64,000 bases of DNA from Candidatus Dormiibacterota bacterium. GTDB taxonomy: Bacteria; Chloroflexota; Dormibacteria; Aeolococcales; Aeolococcaceae. Below the pieces are notes generated by a model that worked only from the letters and a program-made list of their open reading frames with translations, made no database searches and was not told where the DNA came from. Shown piece after piece: positions 41,474-50,494 of the stretch. A program made the translations under genes and the position numbers. The stretch spans positions 416,001-480,000 of the forward strand of contig CAVPXI010000014.1 of the NCBI GenBank assembly GCA_963709585.1, read 5' to 3'. Each line of letters opens with the position of its first letter. Position 1 is the first letter of the stretch.

Positions 41474-41642
41474 GGATTACATGATTACACAGACGAGCGT
41501 GATCGGCGGCGCTCGTCTATTCGTCGCTGACTTGTCGTTCCATCCCTTTTTGCGCAGATAGGGGTCCTCGCGGCCCCGAGGGCTGGTCCACCCGCTACTA
41601 TGGGCAAGTATCCCCACACCGTAGAAGGATCTGCACGCCGTC

Positions 41643-42621
41643 ATGTCCAACCGGAAGAGCCCCACTCGCGGGACCGCCTCGGGGTCGCGGTTCTCTGTTA
41701 TGGAGTTCGTGGCCGAGTTCCCCGACAACAACGCGTGCATGGCCCACCTGTGGCGCACCCGCTACTCGCGTGATGGCGAGCATGCCGTGTGCCCCAGGTG
41801 CGGGGTGGAGCGGTCCTTCCGCAAGTACTCCAATGGGGACGGTCGCCAGTCCTGGACCTGCACCCACTGCGGACGCCACGTCCATCCCACAGCCGGGACC
41901 ATCTTCCACAAGTCGTCCACGTCCCTCCACCTCTGGTACTACGCGCTGTTCCTCATCACAAGCACCCGATGTGGTGTCTCCGCGAAGCAGCTCGAACGCG
42001 AGCTTGGCGTCACCTACAAGACCGCTTGGCGGATGTTCAACGTCATCCGCAACTCCCTCATGTCGCAGGACAATCTCACGGTCGTCCTCGATGGCAAGGT
42101 CGAGATGGACGAAACCTACCTCACCCGTCAGCGCCGCCTCTCGGACGGCCCCGGCCAGCATGGCCGTAGTCTCAACGAGCGCGTCGTCATGGGTGCAGTC
42201 GAGCGTCAGGGCAAGGTCGTCGTCAAATACGTCCCCGCTGCCACCTGATCGAAGCGGCGCGACTCGCTCGCGTTCACATGCTCCCGTCCTCGACGATCTT
42301 CACCGACGAGTTCCGCATTTTCGGCAACCTCGAAGGTCTTGAGGTGGCGTCGCACTATCGGGTCAAGCACCCGGCCAAGGTCTACGCGATGGCGACGTCC
42401 ACACCCAGACCATCGAGCGGTTCTGGTCGCTCGTCAAAGGTGGGCTGCGTGGCGTCTACCGTTCGGTATCGACCAAGTGGCTCCAGTCCTACCTTGACGA
42501 GTACGCGTGGCGCTACAACCATCGCGAGTTCACCCCTCGGATCCGTGGTGTGCGCCGCGTTCCCGTTGGAGAGGCGAAGTTCCGCCTCCTTCTGGCGCTG
42601 GCTTGCCGTCCGACAAACTGA
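41643..42621 (+). pseudogene. IS1595-family (ISXO2-like) transposase with two frameshifts (~42246, ~42391)
   Basis: Zn finger CPRC..CTHC, GTIFHKS, GVSAKQLERELGVTYKTAWRM, VEMDETY, IFTDE, GDVHTQTIERFWSLVK, YLDEYAWRYN. Confidence 0.88.
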
Positions 42622-42753
42622 GTATCGTCGAGAACATCCCAGCGCCTCGGAGTTGAAAAATCGCCCAACGCGCAGGGTTCAGAGAGCGTAAGGTTCCCCG
42701 CCGGTAGGTCGACGGCCCTTGGAAGAGGATTCGGTAGCGCAGGAGGGTCAATC

Positions 42754-42969
42754 ATGCCAATCAGAACTCCTATCAATACGGGGTTGCCCACCCGACCAAA
42801 CGTGACGACTCCCTTGGCTGCTGCTCCGCTTTTCCTCACGGGAATTGGCGATGAAACCTGGGCTTGCTGGCATTGCAGGACCGTACTGGCGGTCGACCTG
42901 CAACCGCGCCAAATCCAGGCCCTGAGCCTTGAGTGCGTGGCCTGTGGCGCCAGGAATGGGTTCGAGTAG
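42754..42969 (+). CDS. small zinc-ribbon protein (IS passenger)
   Basis: GGAGG RBS; CWHC...CVACGARN. Confidence 0.6.
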   Translation: MPIRTPINTGLPTRPNVTTPLAAAPLFLTGIGDETWACWHCRTVLAVDLQPRQIQALSLECVACGARNGFE

Positions 42970-42971
42970 GA

Positions 42972-43127
42972 CTAGGACTTCGGCGCGCGCGGCTTCTTGC
43001 GGTATCTCGGCAGCGGGGCCGGAGCCTTGAGCAGTTTGTCCAGGTTGGCCTCGAACTCGCCGCGCGTCGGGATCGGGATCTTCAGTCCCTTCGGCGTGTA
43101 CTGCTCGGTAGGTTCTGACTTGGCCAC
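42972..43127 (-). CDS. 51-aa basic hypothetical protein (IS passenger)
   Basis: VAKSEPTEQYTPKGLKIPIPTRGEFEANLDKLLKAPAPLPRYRKKPRAPKS*; TATTCT-N6-GTG leaderless-type start. Confidence 0.6.
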   Translation of the reverse strand: MAKSEPTEQYTPKGLKIPIPTRGEFEANLDKLLKAPAPLPRYRKKPRAPKS

Positions 43128-43154
43128 GAACCGAGAATAGCGCGTTTGGTCGCG

Positions 43155-43736
43155 ATGGCACGAACACGTCAGTCACGAACACGTCAGTCACGAACACTCA
43201 CCCCTTGGACTTCTCGGCTTTTCAGCGCCGAGGCAATGGCGCGGTGTCGAGATGGGCTGATCGCAGGTGGTTTGCTTAACGAAGGGCTCCACGCAGTCAA
43301 CAGCGACATCGTTTGGTTTGCGCTACGGTCAATCCTCATCGCCGCCGCCTCGCTCTCGCAGTTGACCGGAGGGAGGACTGGACCGAAGCGAGCCGAACGC
43401 GCGTCACTCCGCACCGCTCTGGGAGTTGGCGATCATTCCGTCCTGCACCAGCGCGCCGTCAGGGACGGGGCGGAACACATTGACGACAGGATCCTGCGTC
43501 GCGTTGGGTCGGGCGAGTTGGTCAACTACTTCGGGTACAACATCGGCCCCAAGGGGTTTATCAACGTCGAACCACCGCAGAAGTCCCTCCTCCACTTCGA
43601 TCCCGGGTCCGGGGTCGTCTCCTTCTGGGACGACGAGGTATCCATACCGGAAATACTTACCGAGATACGGCGCATCCTCCCGCTCGCTGAGGCGGCGTTT
43701 CTCCAGCCAATCGACATCCCCAGTCCGCAAGGTTAG
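43155..43736 (+). CDS. helical protein with HEPN-like RX4H motif (IS passenger)
   Basis: VWFALRSILIAAASLS...LRTALGV...VRDGAEHIDDRI. Confidence 0.65.
   Translation: MARTRQSRTRQSRTLTPWTSRLFSAEAMARCRDGLIAGGLLNEGLHAVNSDIVWFALRSILIAAASLSQLTGGRTGPKRAERASLRTALGVGDHSVLHQRAVRDGAEHIDDRILRRVGSGELVNYFGYNIGPKGFINVEPPQKSLLHFDPGSGVVSFWDDEVSIPEILTEIRRILPLAEAAFLQPIDIPSPQG
43159..43200 (+). repeat. 15-bp tandem repeat, about 2.7 copies
   Basis: CACGAACACGTCAGT CACGAACACGTCAGT CACGAACACTCA. Confidence 0.9.
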
Positions 43737-44362
43737 GGCCGGCTGCCAGTGGCACTCCGTTGCGCCGTCGCGATTGCAGTCGCAATGCTCCTCATGGTTC
43801 TCTAGCCACTCCTCGCGAAGGTCGTCCCTGAGCATGGCGATGAGGGGCTTCGCCTCCCGCAGGTTCACGGAGCGCTACCCTCCCAAGCAGCCCAATCAGA
43901 GGGCGTGCTTCTACGGTAACGGGATAGTTGCCGTACTGTGGTTGTACCGATGAGTTCGTCGCGCTGCGAGATCGGCATTTGGACTGCCGACCCCTGCGTG
44001 ACCACGCCGGGAGCGACGTTCACCGAGCCGATCACGCTCGTTCCACAACGGGTCGGTGGGCGACACGCTTCCCGCAGCGCCAGTCGTCTCCAAGACCCAA
44101 GACTTTCAACATCCCGGACCGGCCGTCGGCAGACATCGTCGAGTGCAACTTGTCAACCCAGCCAATGGGAATGGCCCTCCGTTGGGTGCGTGGTGGGACG
44201 GCACGGATCCTTCAACGGCTTGGTTGTGAACATCCCCATCCGGCTTTGACCATTCCATTCTGCAGTGCGTCATGTACGAGGTCGCCTGCAACACAGAATG
44301 GTTCAGTCGGCTTGTGCAGCTTTGGGTAGGCGCCGCACCTTTGCAGTCGTTAGACTCGGACC

Positions 44363-45986
44363 GTGAGTTTCTTGAGGCGCGCCCTCACGAGCGCAGCCTT
44401 CAGAGCAGTGCTGGTACCTGCCATCGTGAGCGCAATCACACTGCGCTCGTTGGTGAGCCCTGGATACCTGGTTCAAGTTGACATAGCGTTCGGACCTCGA
44501 GTTCCGCAAATTGCTTGGTCGATGTACACTCCGGTCCAGTTGGTATTTAACGCTCTCCAACACCTCATTGGCGGCCAGGGAGCGGGCCGCGTCTACGTCT
44601 TTGGGGCTCTGTTTCTTTGCGGCTTTGCCGCCATGACGTTGCTCAGCGACCACGCGTGGTGGGTTCAGTGCACTGTCGGTGTCCTCGCCATGCTCAACCC
44701 GTTCGTCTACGACCGCCTCGTCGAAGGCCAGTGGGGTGTCGTCGCGGCGACAGCCGGACTATTTCTCTTCATGGCGGCGTGGTGGCGGTTGGGAGACCAG
44801 CCGGGGCCTTTGAGCGCGGCAGGGGTCATTGCCGCCGGACTGTTTACGCTCATGTTCAGCGCAGACTTCGCCGGCATTCTCTTGGTATTGGCCGCCGGAC
44901 TAGCAGCGTTTAACAGCAAATGGCGAGTCTCCGCGATTCCGACGGTGGGCGATCGCTTCCTATGCGGGGGTGTTGTTGCTAAGCCTCTACGGGGTCATTC
45001 CGTTTTTCATTGGTCATGGTCCGGGCACGTATCAGGCGGTGAGCGCCTTCAGCGGAGCTGACTTCGCTGCCTTCCAATCGACCCCAGCACCGGGCGTAGG
45101 AGGCTTCGGCGTGCTGCCTGCGCTTCTCGGCCTCTATGGCGAGTGGAGTGAGCGACTCTTTAGGTACCCCGTAGCCGACATCGAATTCAGTTGGTGGATT
45201 CTTCCCTCTACCTTCCTGGTGCTCCTAGCCGTGATCGGGGCATCTGTTGCTCCGCGTCGCGCGTGGCTGATCCTGGTGGGCGCGATCGGAGTCGCCATAA
45301 GCGCCAGCACTGCGGCGCCGGCAGGACAACGAGCCGCGACAACTCTCGCATCGCACTTCCCCCTTTTCGCGGCATATCGGGAGCCGCAAAAATGGGACTC
45401 ACTGTGGCTGATTGCACTTGTAGTGCTCGGATCAGAGGCGATCGCTTGGTTTGGGGGCTGGCTGCGGGTCCGGCGCGGGGGGGTAAGCACAGGGGGGCCG
45501 CTGCTGGCCGCGCTAACCGCTGCCGCTGCACTCATTCCGGCAGGGGCGGTCGCGGCGGGTTCCACGGCCAACATCGTGGCTCCGGTGGAATATCCCTCAG
45601 GGTGGTATCAAGCTGCCGACTACATGACGGCCGCCATACCAGCTGACGCCCTAGTTGCGGTGCTGCCTTGGCACCTCTACGAAGCGTTGCCCTTCATCGG
45701 CCGGCAAACGAACGATCCCGCCACGGTTTTCTTTCCCGGGAACCTTCTAACATCACAGAGCGCTGAACTGCCCGGGGAGCCGCTAGACGGCCCCGTGGGA
45801 GCGGCATCGTCGGCGCCAGATGGCTGCGCCCTTGCAACCGCTTTGCCTTCCGTCGGAGCTCATTGGGCTCTGGTGTTAGGCAACCTGCCCGACGGTCTGG
45901 CTGCCCTGAGTACTCTTGAACGCTGCGGTTTCACCGTGCGCTATACGGCCCACGACGTGTCTCTGCTTTACGACCCCTTGCACTAG
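44363..45986 (+). CDS. polytopic membrane protein, GT-C-like; frameshift near 44925
   Basis: VDIAFGP, NPFVYDRLVEGQW, YREPQKW, PVEYPSGW, LPWHLY; many TMs across two frames. Confidence 0.7.
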
Positions 45987-46005
45987 CGTTGGCGACCCCT
46001 CCGGG

Positions 46006-46686
46006 TCATATGTTGCAGGTGTTGCTGTGGCCAGCTGTATTTCCGGATCCGGAAAACATGGGGTTGTGATTGCACGTGGCATTGTGTCCGACTGTGTTGT
46101 CGTCCACGGTCGTCAAGCCTGTGTCGTGCTCGATGATCAGGTTGTGGCCGACATGATTATTCGAAACGTCGACCCTACCTTTTGCGGACGTCACTTGGAG
46201 GTCGTTGGCAACGGAATCCGACTCGATGCGCACTGAACCCGTTGCACCCTCAATTTCGATCTCATGACCCACATGTGTATCGATGATTGTGACCATCTCT
46301 GGAACTGCGTCGGCGTTGATGTCGTTGCCGACTGTCGCGAAGCTCCCCTCGTAACCGGTTGTCCCGCGGATGTTCAAGGTCGCCCGCTTGTCGGCGTTAA
46401 TATTGTGACCAACGTTTGCCCCGAGGTCATTCAGTGTCGCGTCGGATTCCACTGTGACGTCGGAGTCAACCTTCACCGACGAGCCGATCGTGCAGGTGCG
46501 ACCTTTCTCGACCTCAACGGCGTGGTACTCGCCAGGCGCAAGGGTGCCACTGCAGTGCGTGGTCCCACTCGCGTTGACAAGAGTTAAGGGCCCGAGTGGC
46601 GAGTGACCTGTGGCCGTAAACGCGCCCACACCCAGCATCAACGCAATGCCAGCCGTGACGGGCTTACGGACGAACCTCGCTCTCAA
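46006..46686 (-). CDS. secreted beta-solenoid-like repeat protein
   Basis: Signal-like N-terminus; recurring VGHN/VGND/VGHE/VAND units; terminal Cys pairs. Confidence 0.7.
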   Translation of the reverse strand: MRARFVRKPVTAGIALMLGVGAFTATGHSPLGPLTLVNASGTTHCSGTLAPGEYHAVEVEKGRTCTIGSSVKVDSDVTVESDATLNDLGANVGHNINADKRATLNIRGTTGYEGSFATVGNDINADAVPEMVTIIDTHVGHEIEIEGATGSVRIESDSVANDLQVTSAKGRVDVSNNHVGHNLIIEHDTGLTTVDDNTVGHNATCNHNPMFSGSGNTAGHSNTCNI

Positions 46687-46903
46687 CTTAACAACATCCC
46701 TTTCCTTGCGGCGGTGCTAGCACGTCGATCACGCAACCTACCACGTCTTTGTATTGGGGGTCAAGCCTTGACTGGTGCTTTAGCAGCGCTCAAAGCGTAT
46801 GCGTCGTTTGGCTCTTTTAGCGCGGTTGACACGGCCCTTTAGACCGGTCTACCGTTGCGACGACAGCGCGACCGGACAGGGGCGAAGGGAGATACACGGA
46901 GGG

Positions 46904-49141
46904 ATGCAATTCACTTTCTCACAGATGCGACCCTCGAGTTGGATAACTCCCGCCACGGCGGGGGACTCCACGAGTGACAGGCCGAGCCCTCCTGTCGAGC
47001 GAACTGAGGCACCCGACGCTGTGCTGGTTGGGCGTAGAACCACTGCTCCGATCGCTGCGGGGTCTCTCAAGGGCACTTCTCACAGACCGCGATTGAGCGT
47101 CATTGTGCCGGCTTATCACGACGGCGCGCGCATCGTTGACAACCTTCACCGCCTCGCGCAGGCGTTGGACGCCACCGGGATCACATGGGAGGCGATTGTA
47201 GTCATCGATGGCGACGGTGAGACCGATCGTCACGCGCAATCTTGTGCTTCCGAGCGAATTCGAATCAAGAGCTACCCTCACAATCAGGGTAAGGGCTTCG
47301 CTCTTCGTTACGGAATTGCATTCGCGAAGGGGGAGTTGATCACGCTCATCAACTCCGACATGGAGATTGGCCCCGAGGAGATTGGGCGCATGGCAAGCCT
47401 GCTTCAACTCTACGATGCTGACATCGTAGTCGGCAGCAAGCGGCACCCACTGAGTTGCGTCTCGTATCCGCTGTTCCGGCGTTTCCAGTCATGGTGCTAC
47501 CAGTGCCTGGTACGGGTGCTGTTCCGCGTAAAGGTTCGCGACACCCAGACTGGCCTCAAAATGATGCGGGCGGAGGTCGCGCAGCGCGTGCTTCGGGTCG
47601 CCCTCGTCAAGCGATTCGCATTCGATCTTGAGCTACTAGCCGTTGCCTCCCATTTCGGCTACCGCCGCATCATTGAAGCCCCGGTGGTAATCGACTACAA
47701 GTTCTCCAGCAGCACTAATCTACGCGCAGCTTTTCTTGTGCTCTGGGACACGGCAGCAATCTTCTACAGACTTCACCTTCGAGGTACGTATGGGCCCAGC
47801 GGTGGCGCCACCGGAGCAACGATCTCGATCCTTTCCGGCGACGGCGCTACCGACACAGTGGAGCAGCTCGCTGAGCCACCCGCGCTCGACGAGAAGGCAG
47901 GCGCTCTCCGGGATACAGCCAAAGCCGCTGGTATCCTCACCGCCGCAGGTCTCGTCACCGGGCTGTCGAACTTTGCGTTCAACGTAGTCGTGGCTCGAAT
48001 TGGCGGCCCGAATCGCTACGGCGCTATCGGCACGCTGCTTTCCCTCCTCACTGTCCTGTCGTTTCTTGCGATCGCGGCACAATTCGCAGTCGCACGAATC
48101 TCCGCCGTCACAGTCACGCCCAATGGCGTGATTCTCGCCCGCACCCTCCGGTCATACGCGCCCTGGTTGGCTATGGTAGTGCCAGTGGCGGCATTGGTCC
48201 CGCTTGCATCCCAATTCCTCCACGTGGGCAGCGATGCACCCGCCGCTCTCGCAGTCGCCACCCTGGTGGCAACAATTGTGGCGGCGGTGCCGACCGGCAT
48301 TCTTCTCGGGCGAAGACGGTTCAAGCTCGTTGCGATTCTCTTGATTGCAAACGCCCTGGCGCGGTTACTCATGGGAGCGCTCCTACCAAGCATCCTCGAT
48401 CCCGCCAGTGCAGCCCTCGTCGCGTCGCTGCTAGCAACATCCGCGCAAGGAGTGGTCGCCGTCATCCTAGTTCTCCGATCCAGCTCACAAGACGTGTCGC
48501 CCGCAACGGAGCAGACCGCCTTCACACGTGAGTCACGAGGCCTGCGTAGCGAGACTCTGGCAGGCGCAGCCGGCTCCATGGCCCTATGGGCTGTATGGAG
48601 TGTGCCTCTCTTTGCAGCGCGGCACGCCCTGAGCGGTGTCGACTCCGGCCAGTTCGTTGCTGCCCAAGTCGTTGCCAGCTCCATTCTCTTCGCGACTGCA
48701 CCAGTCACGGCTGCGTTCTTCCCGGGGCTCGCAAGACGCCACGAGGGCAGTGCGGTCGCGGCAGGGATCGCCGCTATCGTCGTATTGGCGCTCGCCGCGA
48801 CGGCTGGTTTGGTCGCATTTGGTCCATTCCTAATGGCTCACCTGTACGGGGCCCAGTTCCTACCGTCGCGCGAACTCCTCATGGCGCTGGGGTTGTCCGC
48901 GACCGTCGTGGCAGCTGCAACGTTTCTGCTCTGGGCCGCGCGAGCGATTCAGAAGCGGCGTGCACAGATAACGGTCATAGCTCTGGCGGCTCTCGTAATC
49001 GAGATCCCGCTAAGCGCACTTCTACATCCGACGTCGTGGGCTCTGGCGCTCGCGCCAGCTGCCGCTTTGAGCCTGACGGCTACTGCCGTCATCTGCTACG
49101 CCTTTACAACACAGGTGGTCCTGCGAGTCGCAAAGGCTTAG
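46904..49141 (+). CDS. GT2 polyprenol-phosphate glycosyltransferase fused to a Wzx-like flippase (start uncertain)
   Basis: LSVIVPAY, NQGKGFAL, VVGSKRHP, RDTQTGLK, FAFDLELL, followed by about 12 TM segments. Confidence 0.8.
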   Translation: MQFTFSQMRPSSWITPATAGDSTSDRPSPPVERTEAPDAVLVGRRTTAPIAAGSLKGTSHRPRLSVIVPAYHDGARIVDNLHRLAQALDATGITWEAIVVIDGDGETDRHAQSCASERIRIKSYPHNQGKGFALRYGIAFAKGELITLINSDMEIGPEEIGRMASLLQLYDADIVVGSKRHPLSCVSYPLFRRFQSWCYQCLVRVLFRVKVRDTQTGLKMMRAEVAQRVLRVALVKRFAFDLELLAVASHFGYRRIIEAPVVIDYKFSSSTNLRAAFLVLWDTAAIFYRLHLRGTYGPSGGATGATISILSGDGATDTVEQLAEPPALDEKAGALRDTAKAAGILTAAGLVTGLSNFAFNVVVARIGGPNRYGAIGTLLSLLTVLSFLAIAAQFAVARISAVTVTPNGVILARTLRSYAPWLAMVVPVAALVPLASQFLHVGSDAPAALAVATLVATIVAAVPTGILLGRRRFKLVAILLIANALARLLMGALLPSILDPASAALVASLLATSAQGVVAVILVLRSSSQDVSPATEQTAFTRESRGLRSETLAGAAGSMALWAVWSVPLFAARHALSGVDSGQFVAAQVVASSILFATAPVTAAFFPGLARRHEGSAVAAGIAAIVVLALAATAGLVAFGPFLMAHLYGAQFLPSRELLMALGLSATVVAAATFLLWAARAIQKRRAQITVIALAALVIEIPLSALLHPTSWALALAPAAALSLTATAVICYAFTTQVVLRVAKA

Positions 49142-49290
49142 GGTGACCGGAGCCTCGGCCGGCGGCCGTGGCGGCCCATACCAGTCTGACACGGGAGGCT
49201 CGGCACTAGTGTCACGACGACCTCCGCCGCCGTGGGGGGCGATGCGCCCTCGTCGTGATGCTGGTCCTCGTCGACTGCCAGCATGAGACC

Positions 49291-50415
49291 GTGAAGGTAC
49301 TCGTACTCAATTGGAAGGATCTCGGCGCACCCGACGCCGGCGGAGCCGAACTTTATGTGGGCCGGGTTATCGAAGCCTTGATTCGAGCCGGGCACCAGGT
49401 CACGGTATTCTCCCCGAAGGCGGTTCGTGGTGAGTTCGTCCGGACCGATCACGCCAACCACATCCGGCGCGGTAACCGATTTACTGTTTTTTGGTGGGCA
49501 CTGCGACATCTGAGGTCAAAAGCAGGCTCCTATGATCGCGTCATCGAATCAGTTAGTACCAGACCCTTTCGCGCACACGCTGTTGTGGGTCCACGGGCTA
49601 TCGCCTTGTATCATCAGGTGGCCGACGAGGTCTGGCTCCACGAGTATCCGCTGCCGATCGCACTCATCGGGCGCCATCTTGCCGAACCGCGATGGTTGCG
49701 CGGCATGCGCTCCGGACGCGTTGTAGCAGTGTCACGCTCGACCGCCGAGAGCCTGGAGCGCTACGGTATCCGTACTGAAGCGATCATACCGCCAGGCTGT
49801 GACCTCCCCAGCCCACGCTCTCGATTCGGGCCAGCCGAGAATCCCAGCATTGTTTTCATCGGGCGATTGGTTCGGACGAAGCGGGTCGAGGATGCGGTCG
49901 AAGCCTTCTCAAGGATTCGATCAGCCATCCCTAGCGCTCATCTACACGTCATCGGCACAGGCTACCTGCAAGCTAAGCTTGAATCTGCTGCGTGGCCTGG
50001 GGTGACGATACACGGATATATCAGCGAAGCCGCAAAGAACGCAGTGCTTGAAGACGCGGACGTGCTGCTCTTCCCCGCTACAAGGGAGGGCTGGGGCATC
50101 GTAGCCATTGAAGCCGCAGCCCACGGTGTTCCTACAGTTGCGTATGACGTGCCGGGGGTACGCGACGCAGTCGAGGCCGGAGTTAGCGGCGAGCTCACGC
50201 GCTGCGATCCAGCGGCTCTGGCTGATGCAGCCATTCGTTTGCTACGCGACGGCGATCGATGGCGCGCCCTCTCCTTGGGGGCTCGATGCCGTGCCGAAGC
50301 TCACACGTGGGAGACAACGACCGACGCTATTCTCCATCTGCTCGAGGCTGCGTCTCCCCCCGCATCGACGTCAACGTTTTCCTTAAGCCACACGACAACG
50401 CGATCAAGGCAATGA
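49291..50415 (+). CDS. GT4 family glycosyltransferase
   Basis: VLVLNWKDL..PDAGGAE, FIGRLVRTK, EGWGIVAIEAAAHGVP, YDVPGVRDAV. Confidence 0.9.
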   Translation: MKVLVLNWKDLGAPDAGGAELYVGRVIEALIRAGHQVTVFSPKAVRGEFVRTDHANHIRRGNRFTVFWWALRHLRSKAGSYDRVIESVSTRPFRAHAVVGPRAIALYHQVADEVWLHEYPLPIALIGRHLAEPRWLRGMRSGRVVAVSRSTAESLERYGIRTEAIIPPGCDLPSPRSRFGPAENPSIVFIGRLVRTKRVEDAVEAFSRIRSAIPSAHLHVIGTGYLQAKLESAAWPGVTIHGYISEAAKNAVLEDADVLLFPATREGWGIVAIEAAAHGVPTVAYDVPGVRDAVEAGVSGELTRCDPAALADAAIRLLRDGDRWRALSLGARCRAEAHTWETTTDAILHLLEAASPPASTSTFSLSHTTTRSRQ

Positions 50416-50494
50416 ATCGGCTCCGTTCCGACCGGGTAAGCCGTAGGGTCTGCCCAAGTTCTCACGAATTTAGCTTGACCAGGGGCCTGACGGG

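Larger units (their letters stand above)
41603..43932 (+). mobile_element. IS1595-family insertion sequence with passenger genes (tIS)
   Basis: 25-bp imperfect TIRs GGCAAGTATCCCCACACCGTAGAAG / rc GGCAACTATCCCGTTACCGTAGAAG (21/25); flanks CTACTATG and GTACTGTG (6/8, degenerate 8-bp TSD). Confidence 0.85.

Noticed and set aside
43159-43200. 15-bp tandem repeat as a mini-CRISPR
   Set aside because: No spacers; a simple tandem duplication
43404-43868. Minus-strand ORF with a His/Cys-rich N-terminus inside the IS
   Set aside because: Mostly overlaps the HEPN-like gene antisense; only the first ~45 codons look protein-like, possibly a truncated passenger
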